Shown here: one piece after another, positions 1 through 8,895 of the stretch | How positions within the stretch are numbered: the stretch's first letter is position 1 | Layout of the letters: the number at the start of each line of letters is the position of its first letter | Assembly (NCBI GenBank): GCA_045533905.1 | Contig: JAZSIR010000005.1 | Span: forward strand, 1-42,203 | From: Clostridia bacterium | GTDB taxonomy: Bacteria; Bacillota; Clostridia; UMGS1883; UMGS1540 | Length of the DNA stretch: 42,203 nucleotides | Direction: 5' to 3' | Notes under the pieces: model-generated | Told to the model about the DNA's origin: nothing | Seen by the model: the letters and a program-made list of their open reading frames with translations, nothing else | Database searches by the model: none | Translations under genes and position numbers: made by a program

Positions 1-31
1 ACATTTTTACAACAATGAAAGAATACAAATT

Positions 32-68
32 AAAACAAAACTGACACCGCTTGAAAAACGATGTCAGT
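32..68 (-). terminator. Putative intrinsic terminator
   Basis: Minus strand reads ACTGACATCG-loop-CGGTGTCAGT (one G-U pair) followed by TTTGTTTT. Confidence 0.5.
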
Positions 69-91
69 ATGTTGCTTAAAATTTAATATTG

Positions 92-141
92 TTTACCATA
101 GGGTGCTTTTTTGTGTTGTCTGCACAAATTGGTGCAGTTCA
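92..141 (-). mobile_element. IS3-family (IS150-like) left-end remnant pointing out of the window
   Basis: Minus strand from 141 reads TGAACTGCACCAATTTGTGCAGACAACACAAAAAAGCACCCTATGGTA. TGAACTGCACC is a typical IS150-group terminus, and the stretch aligns with the IS end at 42065. Confidence 0.6.
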
Positions 142-171
142 AAAAGGAATTGCTTTTTATAATTTCAGAAA

Positions 172-732
172 CTAAATTCTTTCTCTTGTGGCAATAGCAT
201 AACGGAGCTGCGGGATAGCAATAACGAAGAGATACACTACAGAAACTGCCAAAGTCGCGGCGGCAAGAATCACGAGAGAAAGCTGCGCGGCAGAGTTCAC
301 GATACTGAGATTCAAAACCGGGGAAGTAAGGGCGCCAATCACAGAAAAGATGGCCCAAACAAGAGGAAAAAGAACAGTCCACCATTTTTTCTGGAGGATA
401 AATATGATTGCGATGCTCACAAAAGCAAGGAGAAACGAAATTAACGGATAGTAAATCGTCGGTGTAATGGAGTATGCCGTACCATAGTCTGCTCTGAATT
501 CATCAACGAATAAGGACCCTGTTGCATCCGGATACTCATAGGGGAACCATAAGTACTGCATAAGGGAGATAGAATCTTCTTGGCCGACCACCTCTTTAGG
601 TTCCGTTCTTGTGTAGGAAAACATCGGGATAGTCATCGCAAAAATATAAGCGAGTATGAGTACCGCGATGCCGATTGCTAAAATGAGACGAAGCTTGTTG
701 TTCTTTACACTGATTTGTTCCATGGTGTTCAT
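172..732 (-). CDS. Hypothetical multi-pass membrane protein
   Basis: 186 aa ORF with about 4 hydrophobic segments and its own consensus promoter. Confidence 0.75.
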   Translation of the reverse strand: MNTMEQISVKNNKLRLILAIGIAVLILAYIFAMTIPMFSYTRTEPKEVVGQEDSISLMQYLWFPYEYPDATGSLFVDEFRADYGTAYSITPTIYYPLISFLLAFVSIAIIFILQKKWWTVLFPLVWAIFSVIGALTSPVLNLSIVNSAAQLSLVILAAATLAVSVVYLFVIAIPQLRYAIATRERI

Positions 733-760
733 CCTTTCTTGTATTGTACATTCTTTACAT

Positions 761-789
761 ATTATACCACGCGAGGCGCCCTATGTCAA
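761..789 (-). promoter_or_regulatory. SigA promoter for the membrane protein gene
   Basis: TTGACA (789-784), 17 bp spacer, TATAAT (766-761), with extended TG. Confidence 0.8.
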
Positions 790-1547
790 GTAATATTTCT
801 CAAATCACTTGATTTCTCAAGAAAGAAAAATAGCGCCTTTTGAATATAGGTATCCCAGAATTTCCATTCATGTATTCCGGGGGCTGCATCAAACTGATAG
901 GGGATAGAAGTTTTGGATAAAACATCTGCAAAAGCAAGGTTATCACGGAAAAGAAAGTCTTCAGTGCCGCAGGCAAGGTAGATGCGGACGGGCGGTGTAG
1001 CTTCTTGATTTGCTGCGAGAAAAAACAAGTCATTTTCCGTCCCTCTCACAGTTTCGGCATCACCAAACACAAGGTGCCTGGTATCTGCCCATCTGGGATC
1101 ATTTTCAAGCCTGTCGGACACATTAACAGCACCCGAAAGGCTTGCAACGGCGCTGAAAACCTCAGGATTTAGGAGTGCGATTTTCAAAGCGCCATAGCCT
1201 CCCATAGAGAGACCTGCAATAAAGGTGTCTTCGCGCTTTTGGCTTACGCGGAACAGCTTTTGTATGTACGGAAAAAACTCTTTGGTAAAAAAGGTGTAGT
1301 ATGCGCCGCCATATGCCATGTCCGTATAAAAACTTCTTCCGCCATCGGGCATAATAATGACTATACCGGCATCGTTCGCATACCGCTCAATCGAGGTGTA
1401 CCGACTCCATGCAGTATAGTCATCAGTAAGTCCATGTAAAAGGTATAATACAGATGCGCCGCTTTCCTTACCTTTGGGAATAATGGCATTAAACTGTACA
1501 GACTTCTGTAAGGTTTCAGAGAAAAAAGTACAATTTATAAAGGCCAT
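786..1547 (-). CDS. Alpha/beta-hydrolase esterase (tributyrin esterase / S-formylglutathione hydrolase / CE1-like)
   Basis: YLLHGL motif, GLSMGG nucleophile elbow, CGTEDFL, and C-terminal HEW catalytic His. Confidence 0.85.
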   Translation of the reverse strand: MAFINCTFFSETLQKSVQFNAIIPKGKESGASVLYLLHGLTDDYTAWSRYTSIERYANDAGIVIIMPDGGRSFYTDMAYGGAYYTFFTKEFFPYIQKLFRVSQKREDTFIAGLSMGGYGALKIALLNPEVFSAVASLSGAVNVSDRLENDPRWADTRHLVFGDAETVRGTENDLFFLAANQEATPPVRIYLACGTEDFLFRDNLAFADVLSKTSIPYQFDAAPGIHEWKFWDTYIQKALFFFLEKSSDLRNIT

Positions 1548-1564
1548 TTTATATATTCCTCCTG

Positions 1565-2875
1565 TCAGGAAACGGATTCCTGCTTTACATTTGTTTTCTT
1601 TTTTGTCTCCTTGCGGAGAATGGGGCGGTTGGGACTGTGTACAATTTCCGGTTCACCGGTTTCAATAGTTTTATCTGTGATGATTACACGCTCAACTGTT
1701 TCATCGGACGGAATGGAATACATAATGTCCGTCAGCATTTCCTCAAAAATCGCACGAAGGCCACGCGCTCCGGTCTTTCTGCTGCACGCTTTTTCAGCGA
1801 TTGCATCCAACGCTTCTTCAGATATTTCAAGCGTTACATTATCATATGCAAAAAGTTCCTTGTACTGCTTCAAAATAGCGTTTTTAGGTTCTTTTATAAT
1901 GCGCTTTAATGCTTCTTTATCAAGGGAATGTAGAGAAACGGTCACAGGAAGTCTGCCGATAAATTCCGGGATTAAGCCGTATTTTATCAAATCCTGCGGT
2001 TCAACTTGTGCAAGCAGGGAGTCAAAGTCTTCAGAATTCACACGGCTGAGCTCGGAGCCGAAGCCCATAGCTTTCTTGCCGATACGCTTCTGGATGATTT
2101 TATCAAGACCGGCAAAAGCACCGCCGACAATAAACAAAATCTCAGAGGTATCAATTTGGATAAGCTCCTGGTGCGGATGTTTGCGGCCGCCTTGCGGTGG
2201 GACTGAGGCGACTGTGCCTTCCAAAATTTTCAAAAGCGCCTGTTGTACACCTTCGCCGCTGACATCACGCGTGATGGAGGGGTTTTCGCTTTTTTTGGAA
2301 ATTTTATCAATTTCATCGATGTAAATAATTCCGCGGGAGGCTTTTTCGATGTCATAATCCGCTGCTTGAATGAGCTTCAAAAGGATGTTCTCAACATCTT
2401 CGCCAACATAGCCTGCCTCTGTAAGGGAGGTGGCATCTGCGATTGCAAAAGGAACATCTAAAACTTTTGCAAGTGTTTGTGCCAGAAGTGTTTTGCCGGA
2501 GCCGGTGGGACCAAGCAGCAGGATATTGCTTTTTTGCAATTCCACACCTTCTGTTAAAACAGGCTCTTTTCCGATACGCTTATAGTGATTGTACACAGCA
2601 ACGGCCAAACTCTTTTTGGGCTTTTCCTGGCCAATTACATAGGTATCAAGTGAAGCTTTGATTTCATTCGGTTTCGGGACTTCGCGATGAATATGCGGCT
2701 CACTTGAATGAGAGGCTGCATGTGCAGCAGCCTCTTCATCAATAATTTCATAACAAAGCTCAATACATTCATCGCAAATGTATACGCCGGGGCCGGCAAC
2801 AAGCCTGCCAACCTGATCCTGCGTTTTATCGCAAAAGGAACAGCGTAACATTTTAGGATCGTCATATTTTGTCAT
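1565..2875 (-). CDS. clpX: ATP-dependent Clp protease ATP-binding subunit ClpX
   Basis: CSFC..CDEC zinc finger, [29 protein letters not shown] loop; lies downstream of clpP. Confidence 0.98.
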   Translation of the reverse strand: MTKYDDPKMLRCSFCDKTQDQVGRLVAGPGVYICDECIELCYEIIDEEAAAHAASHSSEPHIHREVPKPNEIKASLDTYVIGQEKPKKSLAVAVYNHYKRIGKEPVLTEGVELQKSNILLLGPTGSGKTLLAQTLAKVLDVPFAIADATSLTEAGYVGEDVENILLKLIQAADYDIEKASRGIIYIDEIDKISKKSENPSITRDVSGEGVQQALLKILEGTVASVPPQGGRKHPHQELIQIDTSEILFIVGGAFAGLDKIIQKRIGKKAMGFGSELSRVNSEDFDSLLAQVEPQDLIKYGLIPEFIGRLPVTVSLHSLDKEALKRIIKEPKNAILKQYKELFAYDNVTLEISEEALDAIAEKACSRKTGARGLRAIFEEMLTDIMYSIPSDETVERVIITDKTIETGEPEIVHSPNRPILRKETKKKTNVKQESVS

Positions 2876-2902
2876 ATATGGTCCTGCGCTTTCTTTGAGA
2901 AT

Positions 2903-3484
2903 TTACCGTTTTTCAATTACTTTATCAATCAGACCGTACGCAAGAGCATCGGGGGCAAACATAAAGTTATCTCTTTCCGTATCATTCTGGATTGTTTCAA
3001 GCGATTGGCCGGTGTTCTGACTCAAAATGCGGTTCATACGGTCTTTAATAGCCAGAATATGGTCGGCATGAATTTTGATATCCGTTGCCTGACCCTGCAT
3101 ACCGCCGAGCGGCTGATGAATCATAATTTCACTGTTGGGAAGGGCGAGACGCTTGCCTTTTGCGCCTGCAGCAAGGAGGAACGCGCCCATACTTGCGGCC
3201 ATACCTACACAAATAGTAGACACATCGCACTTGATGTAGTTCATCGTGTCATAAATGGCCATCCCTGCAGTGATGGAACCACCGGGACTGTTGATGTAGA
3301 GATTGATGTCCTTGTCAGGATCTTCACTTTCAAGGAAAAGGAGCTGTGCTACGACAAGGCTTGCAGTAACATCATTCACTTCTTCGCCAAGAAACACAAT
3401 TCTGTCCTTCAAAAGACGGGAATATATATCATAGGAGCGTTCGCCGCGGGTGTCCTGCTCTACGACAATAGGTACTAAACTCAT
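2903..3484 (-). CDS. clpP: Clp protease proteolytic subunit ClpP
   Basis: [36 protein letters not shown]. Confidence 0.98.
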   Translation of the reverse strand: MSLVPIVVEQDTRGERSYDIYSRLLKDRIVFLGEEVNDVTASLVVAQLLFLESEDPDKDINLYINSPGGSITAGMAIYDTMNYIKCDVSTICVGMAASMGAFLLAAGAKGKRLALPNSEIMIHQPLGGMQGQATDIKIHADHILAIKDRMNRILSQNTGQSLETIQNDTERDNFMFAPDALAYGLIDKVIEKR

Positions 3485-3517
3485 AGGAAAGCCTCCTTGA
3501 AAAATGATGCTGCAGAT

Positions 3518-5038
3518 TTATTTGTCTGCTTCGTCAGCCTTCGTTTTTTTGGTGGTTGCAGCTTTGCTTGCAGCCGGTTTCTTTGCGGTTGTAGTTTTCG
3601 TTGCTGCAGGCTTATCAGCTGAAGCAGTCTTTTTTGCAGCCGGTTTTTCAGCAGTTGTCTTGCTGGCAGTAGTTTTCTTTGCAGCCGGTTTCTTGGCCGG
3701 AGCCGGTTCTTCCGCTGTTTCGGCATCTGCAGCCTTCGGAGCTGCTTTCTTGCGTGCCTTCTTGATGTCAGCATTTTCTACAAGGAAAGCAAGCGTCTTG
3801 TTCGTGGCGATGTCCGCGGAAAGACCGCTGAGATTTTCGCCCATAATCTTCTTGATTTTATCTACTTCCATCTTGTAGGCATCTGCCATCTTCTGGAGTT
3901 CTTCTTCAATTTCAGCTTCCGTTGCAACAATGCCTTCCGTTTCGGCAATCTTTTCAAGGATCAGGCTGCCTTTAACGGCACGGGTTGCATTTTCTTCATA
4001 CTGCTTGCGCATATCCGAAATCTGCATACCGGTATATTCGGCATACTGTTCCAGCGAAAGACCCTGAGAAGAAAGACGATAACGGAAATCATCCAGCATT
4101 CTGTCAATCTGGGTTTCAATCATCGGGCGGGGAATGTCAATCTCCGTAGCATTTGCGATTGCTTCCATAACCTTATCTTCTGTCTCACGAAGCGCACGGG
4201 TTTCGCCGGCCTTTGTGAGTTTTTCAGTAACATCTGCCTTCAGGGCATCCAAAGTATCAAAGCCGTTGTCCTTTGCAAACTCATCATCAAGAGCGGGGAG
4301 TTCCTTTCTCTTGATAGAATGTACCTTTACCTTGAAGGTTGCCGGTTTGCCTTTCAGCTCTTCAGCATGATATTCTTCGGGGAAGGTAACCTGGATTTCA
4401 CCGTCGAACCCACATTCCTTGCCGATGAGCTGGTCTTCAAAGCCGGGGATAAACATACCGGAGCCGATTGCAAGGTCGTGGTTCTTATCTGCGCCGCCGG
4501 GGAAGGCAACACCATCCATAAAACCTTCATAATCAATGGTAGCAATATCGCCGTCTTCAATAGCGCGGCCTTCTACCGTAACGATGCGGGAATTCTGTTC
4601 CTGCATGCGCTTGATTTCGGCATCAATATCCTCAGCAGAGGGAATATATTCTATTTTATCCACCTTGACGCCCTTATATTCACCCAGGGTGAATTCCGGC
4701 TTTACAGCCACAATTGCCTTGAACACAAAGTTTTCGCCGTTACCGATTTTTACGATGTCAATTTCCGGCTGGGCAACGGGAGAAATCTTAGTTTCTTCTA
4801 CTGCTTTATCATATGCATCCGGGCATACAAAGTTTATTGCATCTTCAAAAAACACGCCTTCGCCGTAATACTTTTCAATGAATTTACGGGGGGCCTTACC
4901 TTTGCGGAAACCGGGGAGGGCAATGCTCTTTACGTTTTTGCGATATGCTTTTTCCATCCCTGCTTCGAAAGTCTCTTTGTCCACTTCGATTTCAAGTGTA
5001 ACAATGTTTTTCTCCGATTTTTCAACCTTAACGTTCAT
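3518..5038 (-). CDS. tig: Trigger factor with Lys/Ala-rich C-terminal extension
   Basis: PGFRKGKAP ribosome-binding motif, FIPGFEDQL FKBP domain, tig-clpP-clpX order. Confidence 0.96.
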   Translation of the reverse strand: MNVKVEKSEKNIVTLEIEVDKETFEAGMEKAYRKNVKSIALPGFRKGKAPRKFIEKYYGEGVFFEDAINFVCPDAYDKAVEETKISPVAQPEIDIVKIGNGENFVFKAIVAVKPEFTLGEYKGVKVDKIEYIPSAEDIDAEIKRMQEQNSRIVTVEGRAIEDGDIATIDYEGFMDGVAFPGGADKNHDLAIGSGMFIPGFEDQLIGKECGFDGEIQVTFPEEYHAEELKGKPATFKVKVHSIKRKELPALDDEFAKDNGFDTLDALKADVTEKLTKAGETRALRETEDKVMEAIANATEIDIPRPMIETQIDRMLDDFRYRLSSQGLSLEQYAEYTGMQISDMRKQYEENATRAVKGSLILEKIAETEGIVATEAEIEEELQKMADAYKMEVDKIKKIMGENLSGLSADIATNKTLAFLVENADIKKARKKAAPKAADAETAEEPAPAKKPAAKKTTASKTTAEKPAAKKTASADKPAATKTTTAKKPAASKAATTKKTKADEADK

Positions 5039-5079
5039 TTGTTCTCCTCCAAACTTTGATTTAGCTTTTCAATTATATC

Positions 5080-5107
5080 ATTATACCATATTTTTCTTGT
5101 TTTGCAA
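5080..5107 (-). promoter_or_regulatory. Likely SigA promoter of tig-clpP-clpX
   Basis: TTGCAA, 16 bp spacer, TGGTATAAT extended -10. Confidence 0.6.
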
Positions 5108-5183
5108 GCCTTTTTTGAAAAATATCAAAAAATATTCTTACTATAAAATAGCAAAAAATCAAAAGACGATTTGGTCAGTTTTT

Positions 5184-8162
5184 CTAATTGTAATTTTCCG
5201 AAAGCACAGAGAGCATTCTGTATATCATTACAGCCGCTTCGGCACGCGTAGCGTTACGTTTCGGGCGGAAGGTGCCATCTGTCATACCGTTCAGAAGACC
5301 AAGCGCACCGGATTCGGCCAGATCGCCAAGTGCCCATGGACTAATTTCAGCGGCGTCGGTATAGAGAACGGGCGCTGTCTTTACAGGCGCTCCGGTTTTT
5401 CGGTAAGCACGCATAAGCATAACGGCAATCTCTTCCCGCGTAATCGGAAGATCCGGTGAGAAAGTTTTTTCACCGGTCCCTTGCGCAATGCCGTATTTTG
5501 TGACAACAGCGATGGCGCCGGAGTACCAACTGAAAGGCTTTACATCTGTAAACTGTCCTTCATAGTAGATAGGAGCAAGCGTGAAGGCACGCGCCAAAAT
5601 GGCTGAAAACTCAGCACGTGTGACGAGGGCCTCCGGTTCATACAGACCATTTCCGCGACCTTCCACAACGCCGGCGGCCGTCAGGTGCTCCACTTCCGTT
5701 TTAGCCCAATGTGCGGCCAGGTCAAAAAAGTGATGTTTATCTGCCACAGCGAAATCACGAAGTTCCAGAACCTGCATTCCAAGCGGCGCAGAGGGCTGCG
5801 AGGGTGAAGGGGAAGGAGCCGATGGCGCGCCGGTCACTTCTTCATCCGTAAAATCATCGGTGGAAGGGATTGGTTCTCCAACTAAAATCGCCTGGGAAGC
5901 TATACTGGCGCCTACCACCGGGCCACTGAGAGAAATGGGCGTCACTTCAAATTTCAGGTACTTTCCGAGCATTTCCTCCGTGATGGAAAGTGTGTCGGTC
6001 GTTTCGCTTTCCAACGGCATAAATATACCGTCTGCGGCATTTGCAATCAGCCATCGGAAAGAACTGGAGTTTATAGCATCAAAATTCGATGAAAAGTGAT
6101 ACGAGCCGGTGATGATTTTATCCAGAAAAGGAGTGCCGTTAATGCGCACTGCGCTAGCGGAAACAGTGGCTCGCGGGATGGAAATCATATCGAGAAGAAC
6201 GATTTGCTGTTCATGCGTTTCGGGTGTATTGAATGCAATCATTAAGCGACCGGATACAGTTTCGGAGGGGGTGAATAGTTTCTGTACTCTTTGCATGGAA
6301 TTTGACAGTGTAAATTGCCCGATAACGAGGTTGTCGTCGAAGGAATCACTTTCCATATTATCTACCAAAACAGTTACGACTGTAGCAATGTCAGGCACCG
6401 TAATTTTCATATTGGCCTCAAAGACGTAACTCGTTCCCTTGGAATACTGCGCCACGGAATTGGACATAAGTGCAGAAACAGAGCCGTTCATTGTAAGGCG
6501 GGCGAAGCGGCTGCCTTCTGCAGGGTAAGCACCATTGAATGTGGAAACATACTGAAGGAGAGAGGGAGAGGCGGTTTTCCACCAAGTACCCACTTCTTCG
6601 CGTTCAAAACTTCCGTCACCTACGGATTCATTTGTAATTTGTACCGCATATTCCTTTTTGACAGAGGGATCGTCTTTCAAAAAAGCTGAAAGAGTATACG
6701 TCTGCTGGGTTGCCGTTTCAGAAACGGAAAGCACATTTTTGTTAAACGAGACGCCGCGCTTGTCCGGGTACACTGAAAAAGCTACCTCTGCTTCGATGGG
6801 AAGACCAATCTGGGAAAAAGCCAGATATGGAAGCGCAATATGCGAGGTGCCTTCCGCGGGGATAGATATGTGCGCAGGCGCATCCACATAAACGCCGGAT
6901 GGCGCGGGAACTTCCGGTTGCACCTTCATATCATCCACAAGAACAGAAGCGGCATTTTCCGAGAAAAAGTCAAAAACAATGCTATAGATACCGTCGGTCG
7001 GCACATAGAAAGCCGACATTACCTCCACCCATCGGCCTGTGGAAAAATTCGCAGCCTGGATGCGGATTACACCTTCTTCGTCCGGCGGCAACGCCTGTGT
7101 TTCCGGATCGGACGCAGAACTTGCACCTTCAGCAAACAATCTTGCGCGGAATACATACATATTTTCGGCCTGCAAAAAGAAGGAGTACGCGCTTTCGATG
7201 GAGGAAACGCTCATATCCCCGAAGGTTGTGTGCGGCTCGAGGACGGCATAGGCGTTTCCGCCATCCTGTTCGCGGATAGAAAAGGGGAAAGATTCCATAT
7301 CCCAGCCGATATACCGGGGAAGCTCCTCAAAACTTCCGTTTTGCAATAGGTTTCCGGAAAGTGTGATGTGCATCGATACAGAGGAGAGCGTGTGATTCCC
7401 CTCCGGAGGCGTGCATTGCAGCTCAATGCTTTCGCCCAAAGGAGCTTCACTGGACACACGGAGTGTAGCAGTCTCTGTGTCAAAGGATACACCGTTCGGA
7501 AGAGGGGATTTTGCTGAAATTGAGGCATTTTGAATGTTGCAGGTATTTCCTTCCGCATCCAGTACAACAGGAAAATAAGAGTAGGATGCTTCTCCAAATG
7601 TGGGGACGCTGACTGACTTTCTGCCTTCGATAGCCATACGTGTGGGCACAAAATCAACTGTGGAAAGAAGCATATCGTCTATAAAGAAGGTTGCATCCTC
7701 ATACGGGGAGTCAATCATCAGTGCGAGCTCATATTTAGCAGAACTGCTGACCATAAACACAACCGAAACAGTTTTCCATGCTTCCTCAACATTTTGCACT
7801 TGTACATTGATGCTCTTGGCACTTGTGGGAAGAAGAGAGCAAGAGGGGGGCAGGGCAGCATCACCGGCTATATCTGTACGGATTTTGAAAGAAAGGGAAT
7901 ACACAGAGCTGCTGTCAAAGGCGATCGGGGCAGAATAAGCTGTATAATGCAGGAAGGTGTTTTCGATTTTAGGAACGGGGAAAGAAAATACGAGCCCACA
8001 AGTGGCGTCTAAGCCTTTGCCCGGGCAGATTTCGCCGTGGTTCCACAAAAGTTCTTCTGTTTCAAAAGTTCCGTTTTGAAGTATGCTTTCAGCGGCCGGC
8101 ACAGCGGTCGGCATAAGCGCCAAAAGGAAAAACAAAACAAGACAGAGAGAAAGTTTCTTCAT
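5184..8162 (-). CDS. Secreted S-layer homology (SLH) domain protein with repeated CBM-like and Ig-like modules
   Basis: Start placed at ATG 8162 (MKKLSLCL signal peptide, AGGAAGGGG RBS). Three NGxFE/DGSFE modules, a Pro/Ser linker, and three SLH repeats (TRAEF, TREE, TRAE). Confidence 0.88.
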   Translation of the reverse strand: MKKLSLCLVLFFLLALMPTAVPAAESILQNGTFETEELLWNHGEICPGKGLDATCGLVFSFPVPKIENTFLHYTAYSAPIAFDSSSVYSLSFKIRTDIAGDAALPPSCSLLPTSAKSINVQVQNVEEAWKTVSVVFMVSSSAKYELALMIDSPYEDATFFIDDMLLSTVDFVPTRMAIEGRKSVSVPTFGEASYSYFPVVLDAEGNTCNIQNASISAKSPLPNGVSFDTETATLRVSSEAPLGESIELQCTPPEGNHTLSSVSMHITLSGNLLQNGSFEELPRYIGWDMESFPFSIREQDGGNAYAVLEPHTTFGDMSVSSIESAYSFFLQAENMYVFRARLFAEGASSASDPETQALPPDEEGVIRIQAANFSTGRWVEVMSAFYVPTDGIYSIVFDFFSENAASVLVDDMKVQPEVPAPSGVYVDAPAHISIPAEGTSHIALPYLAFSQIGLPIEAEVAFSVYPDKRGVSFNKNVLSVSETATQQTYTLSAFLKDDPSVKKEYAVQITNESVGDGSFEREEVGTWWKTASPSLLQYVSTFNGAYPAEGSRFARLTMNGSVSALMSNSVAQYSKGTSYVFEANMKITVPDIATVVTVLVDNMESDSFDDNLVIGQFTLSNSMQRVQKLFTPSETVSGRLMIAFNTPETHEQQIVLLDMISIPRATVSASAVRINGTPFLDKIITGSYHFSSNFDAINSSSFRWLIANAADGIFMPLESETTDTLSITEEMLGKYLKFEVTPISLSGPVVGASIASQAILVGEPIPSTDDFTDEEVTGAPSAPSPSPSQPSAPLGMQVLELRDFAVADKHHFFDLAAHWAKTEVEHLTAAGVVEGRGNGLYEPEALVTRAEFSAILARAFTLAPIYYEGQFTDVKPFSWYSGAIAVVTKYGIAQGTGEKTFSPDLPITREEIAVMLMRAYRKTGAPVKTAPVLYTDAAEISPWALGDLAESGALGLLNGMTDGTFRPKRNATRAEAAVMIYRMLSVLSENYN

Positions 8163-8188
8163 ATGTATAAACCCCTTCCTGATAAATG

Positions 8189-8226
8189 AAAACTGCCCAA
8201 AAACAAAGGTGTATTGTTTTGGGCAG
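8189..8226 (-). terminator. Stem-loop between the HD gene and the SLH gene
   Basis: CTGCCCAAAACAA-loop-TTGTTTTTGGGCAG followed by TTTT. Confidence 0.6.
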
Positions 8227-8232
8227 ACATAC

Positions 8233-8892
8233 TCATACAATCTGCTGGTTATTTACCACCAGATGGAAAGTGATATTCAGCTTCTCAGCAGCTTTTCTGC
8301 AAAGAATCATCCGATTCAGGAAAATCTCAAAGTAATCCATTACGGAGCTATATTCCGTTTCGATATCCAATTCTAACGTAAAAACAGAAAAGGAAGAATT
8401 GAACGAAGTAGTAGCGGATCGCACAGAGTAATTGACACGGTCGTGAATGTCAAAAGAGGGAACATCAGTATTTCTCACCCGACTGCGGCGCACATCTGTT
8501 TTGTCTGCCAGAATCAACGCGGCTGCAACCGGATTCACGGGAAAAGCGGCAGATTCGTCATGATTGCCAATAGCAGATACCACAGCAGCCATATCTTCAG
8601 CCGGCATGTTAAGGTTATCCAGAATACGAAATGCCATTACGGCACCGGTCTGTGCATGGTCAACCCGGTTCACAAGATTCCCTATATCGTGCAAGTAGCC
8701 TGCAATTTTAGCGAGTTCGACTTCGTGCTCCGAAAAGCCCAAGGAAGATAGAATGTAGCCGGCGGTTTCTGCCACTTTCGTCGTGTGCGCAAAACTATGT
8801 TCTGTGTACCCGAGTGCACGCAGAGCATCATCCGCCTTCGCAATATATGTTCTGATTTGTTCGTTGTTTTTGATTGCTTCGAAAGTAATCAT
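8233..8892 (-). CDS. HD-domain metal-dependent phosphohydrolase
   Basis: EHSFAH..YLHDIGN..HAQ..NHDE..ADK metal-ligand pattern. Confidence 0.85.
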   Translation of the reverse strand: MITFEAIKNNEQIRTYIAKADDALRALGYTEHSFAHTTKVAETAGYILSSLGFSEHEVELAKIAGYLHDIGNLVNRVDHAQTGAVMAFRILDNLNMPAEDMAAVVSAIGNHDESAAFPVNPVAAALILADKTDVRRSRVRNTDVPSFDIHDRVNYSVRSATTSFNSSFSVFTLELDIETEYSSVMDYFEIFLNRMILCRKAAEKLNITFHLVVNNQQIV

Positions 8893-8895
8893 GGA

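Noticed and set aside
120-137. CTGCAC-N6-GTGCAG palindrome as an NtrC-like operator
   Set aside because: The spacing is off and the sequence is better explained as part of the IS3-type terminal repeat.
1611-2324. Long antisense ORFs over clpX (also 4319-5059 over tig and 39176-39940 over clpC)
   Set aside because: These are shadow frames of conserved genes, with no RBS or recognisable motifs.
3540-3720. Short repeats as a CRISPR array or VNTR
   Set aside because: They are in-frame degenerate codon repeats of the Tig tail. No CRISPR array or cas gene was seen anywhere in the window.
8163-8240. N-terminal ORF-track extensions of the SLH protein (likewise ctsR 35924, tilS 15853, ruvC 21820)
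   Set aside because: They run through terminators, promoters or upstream genes. Downstream ATGs have proper RBSs and family-typical N-termini.
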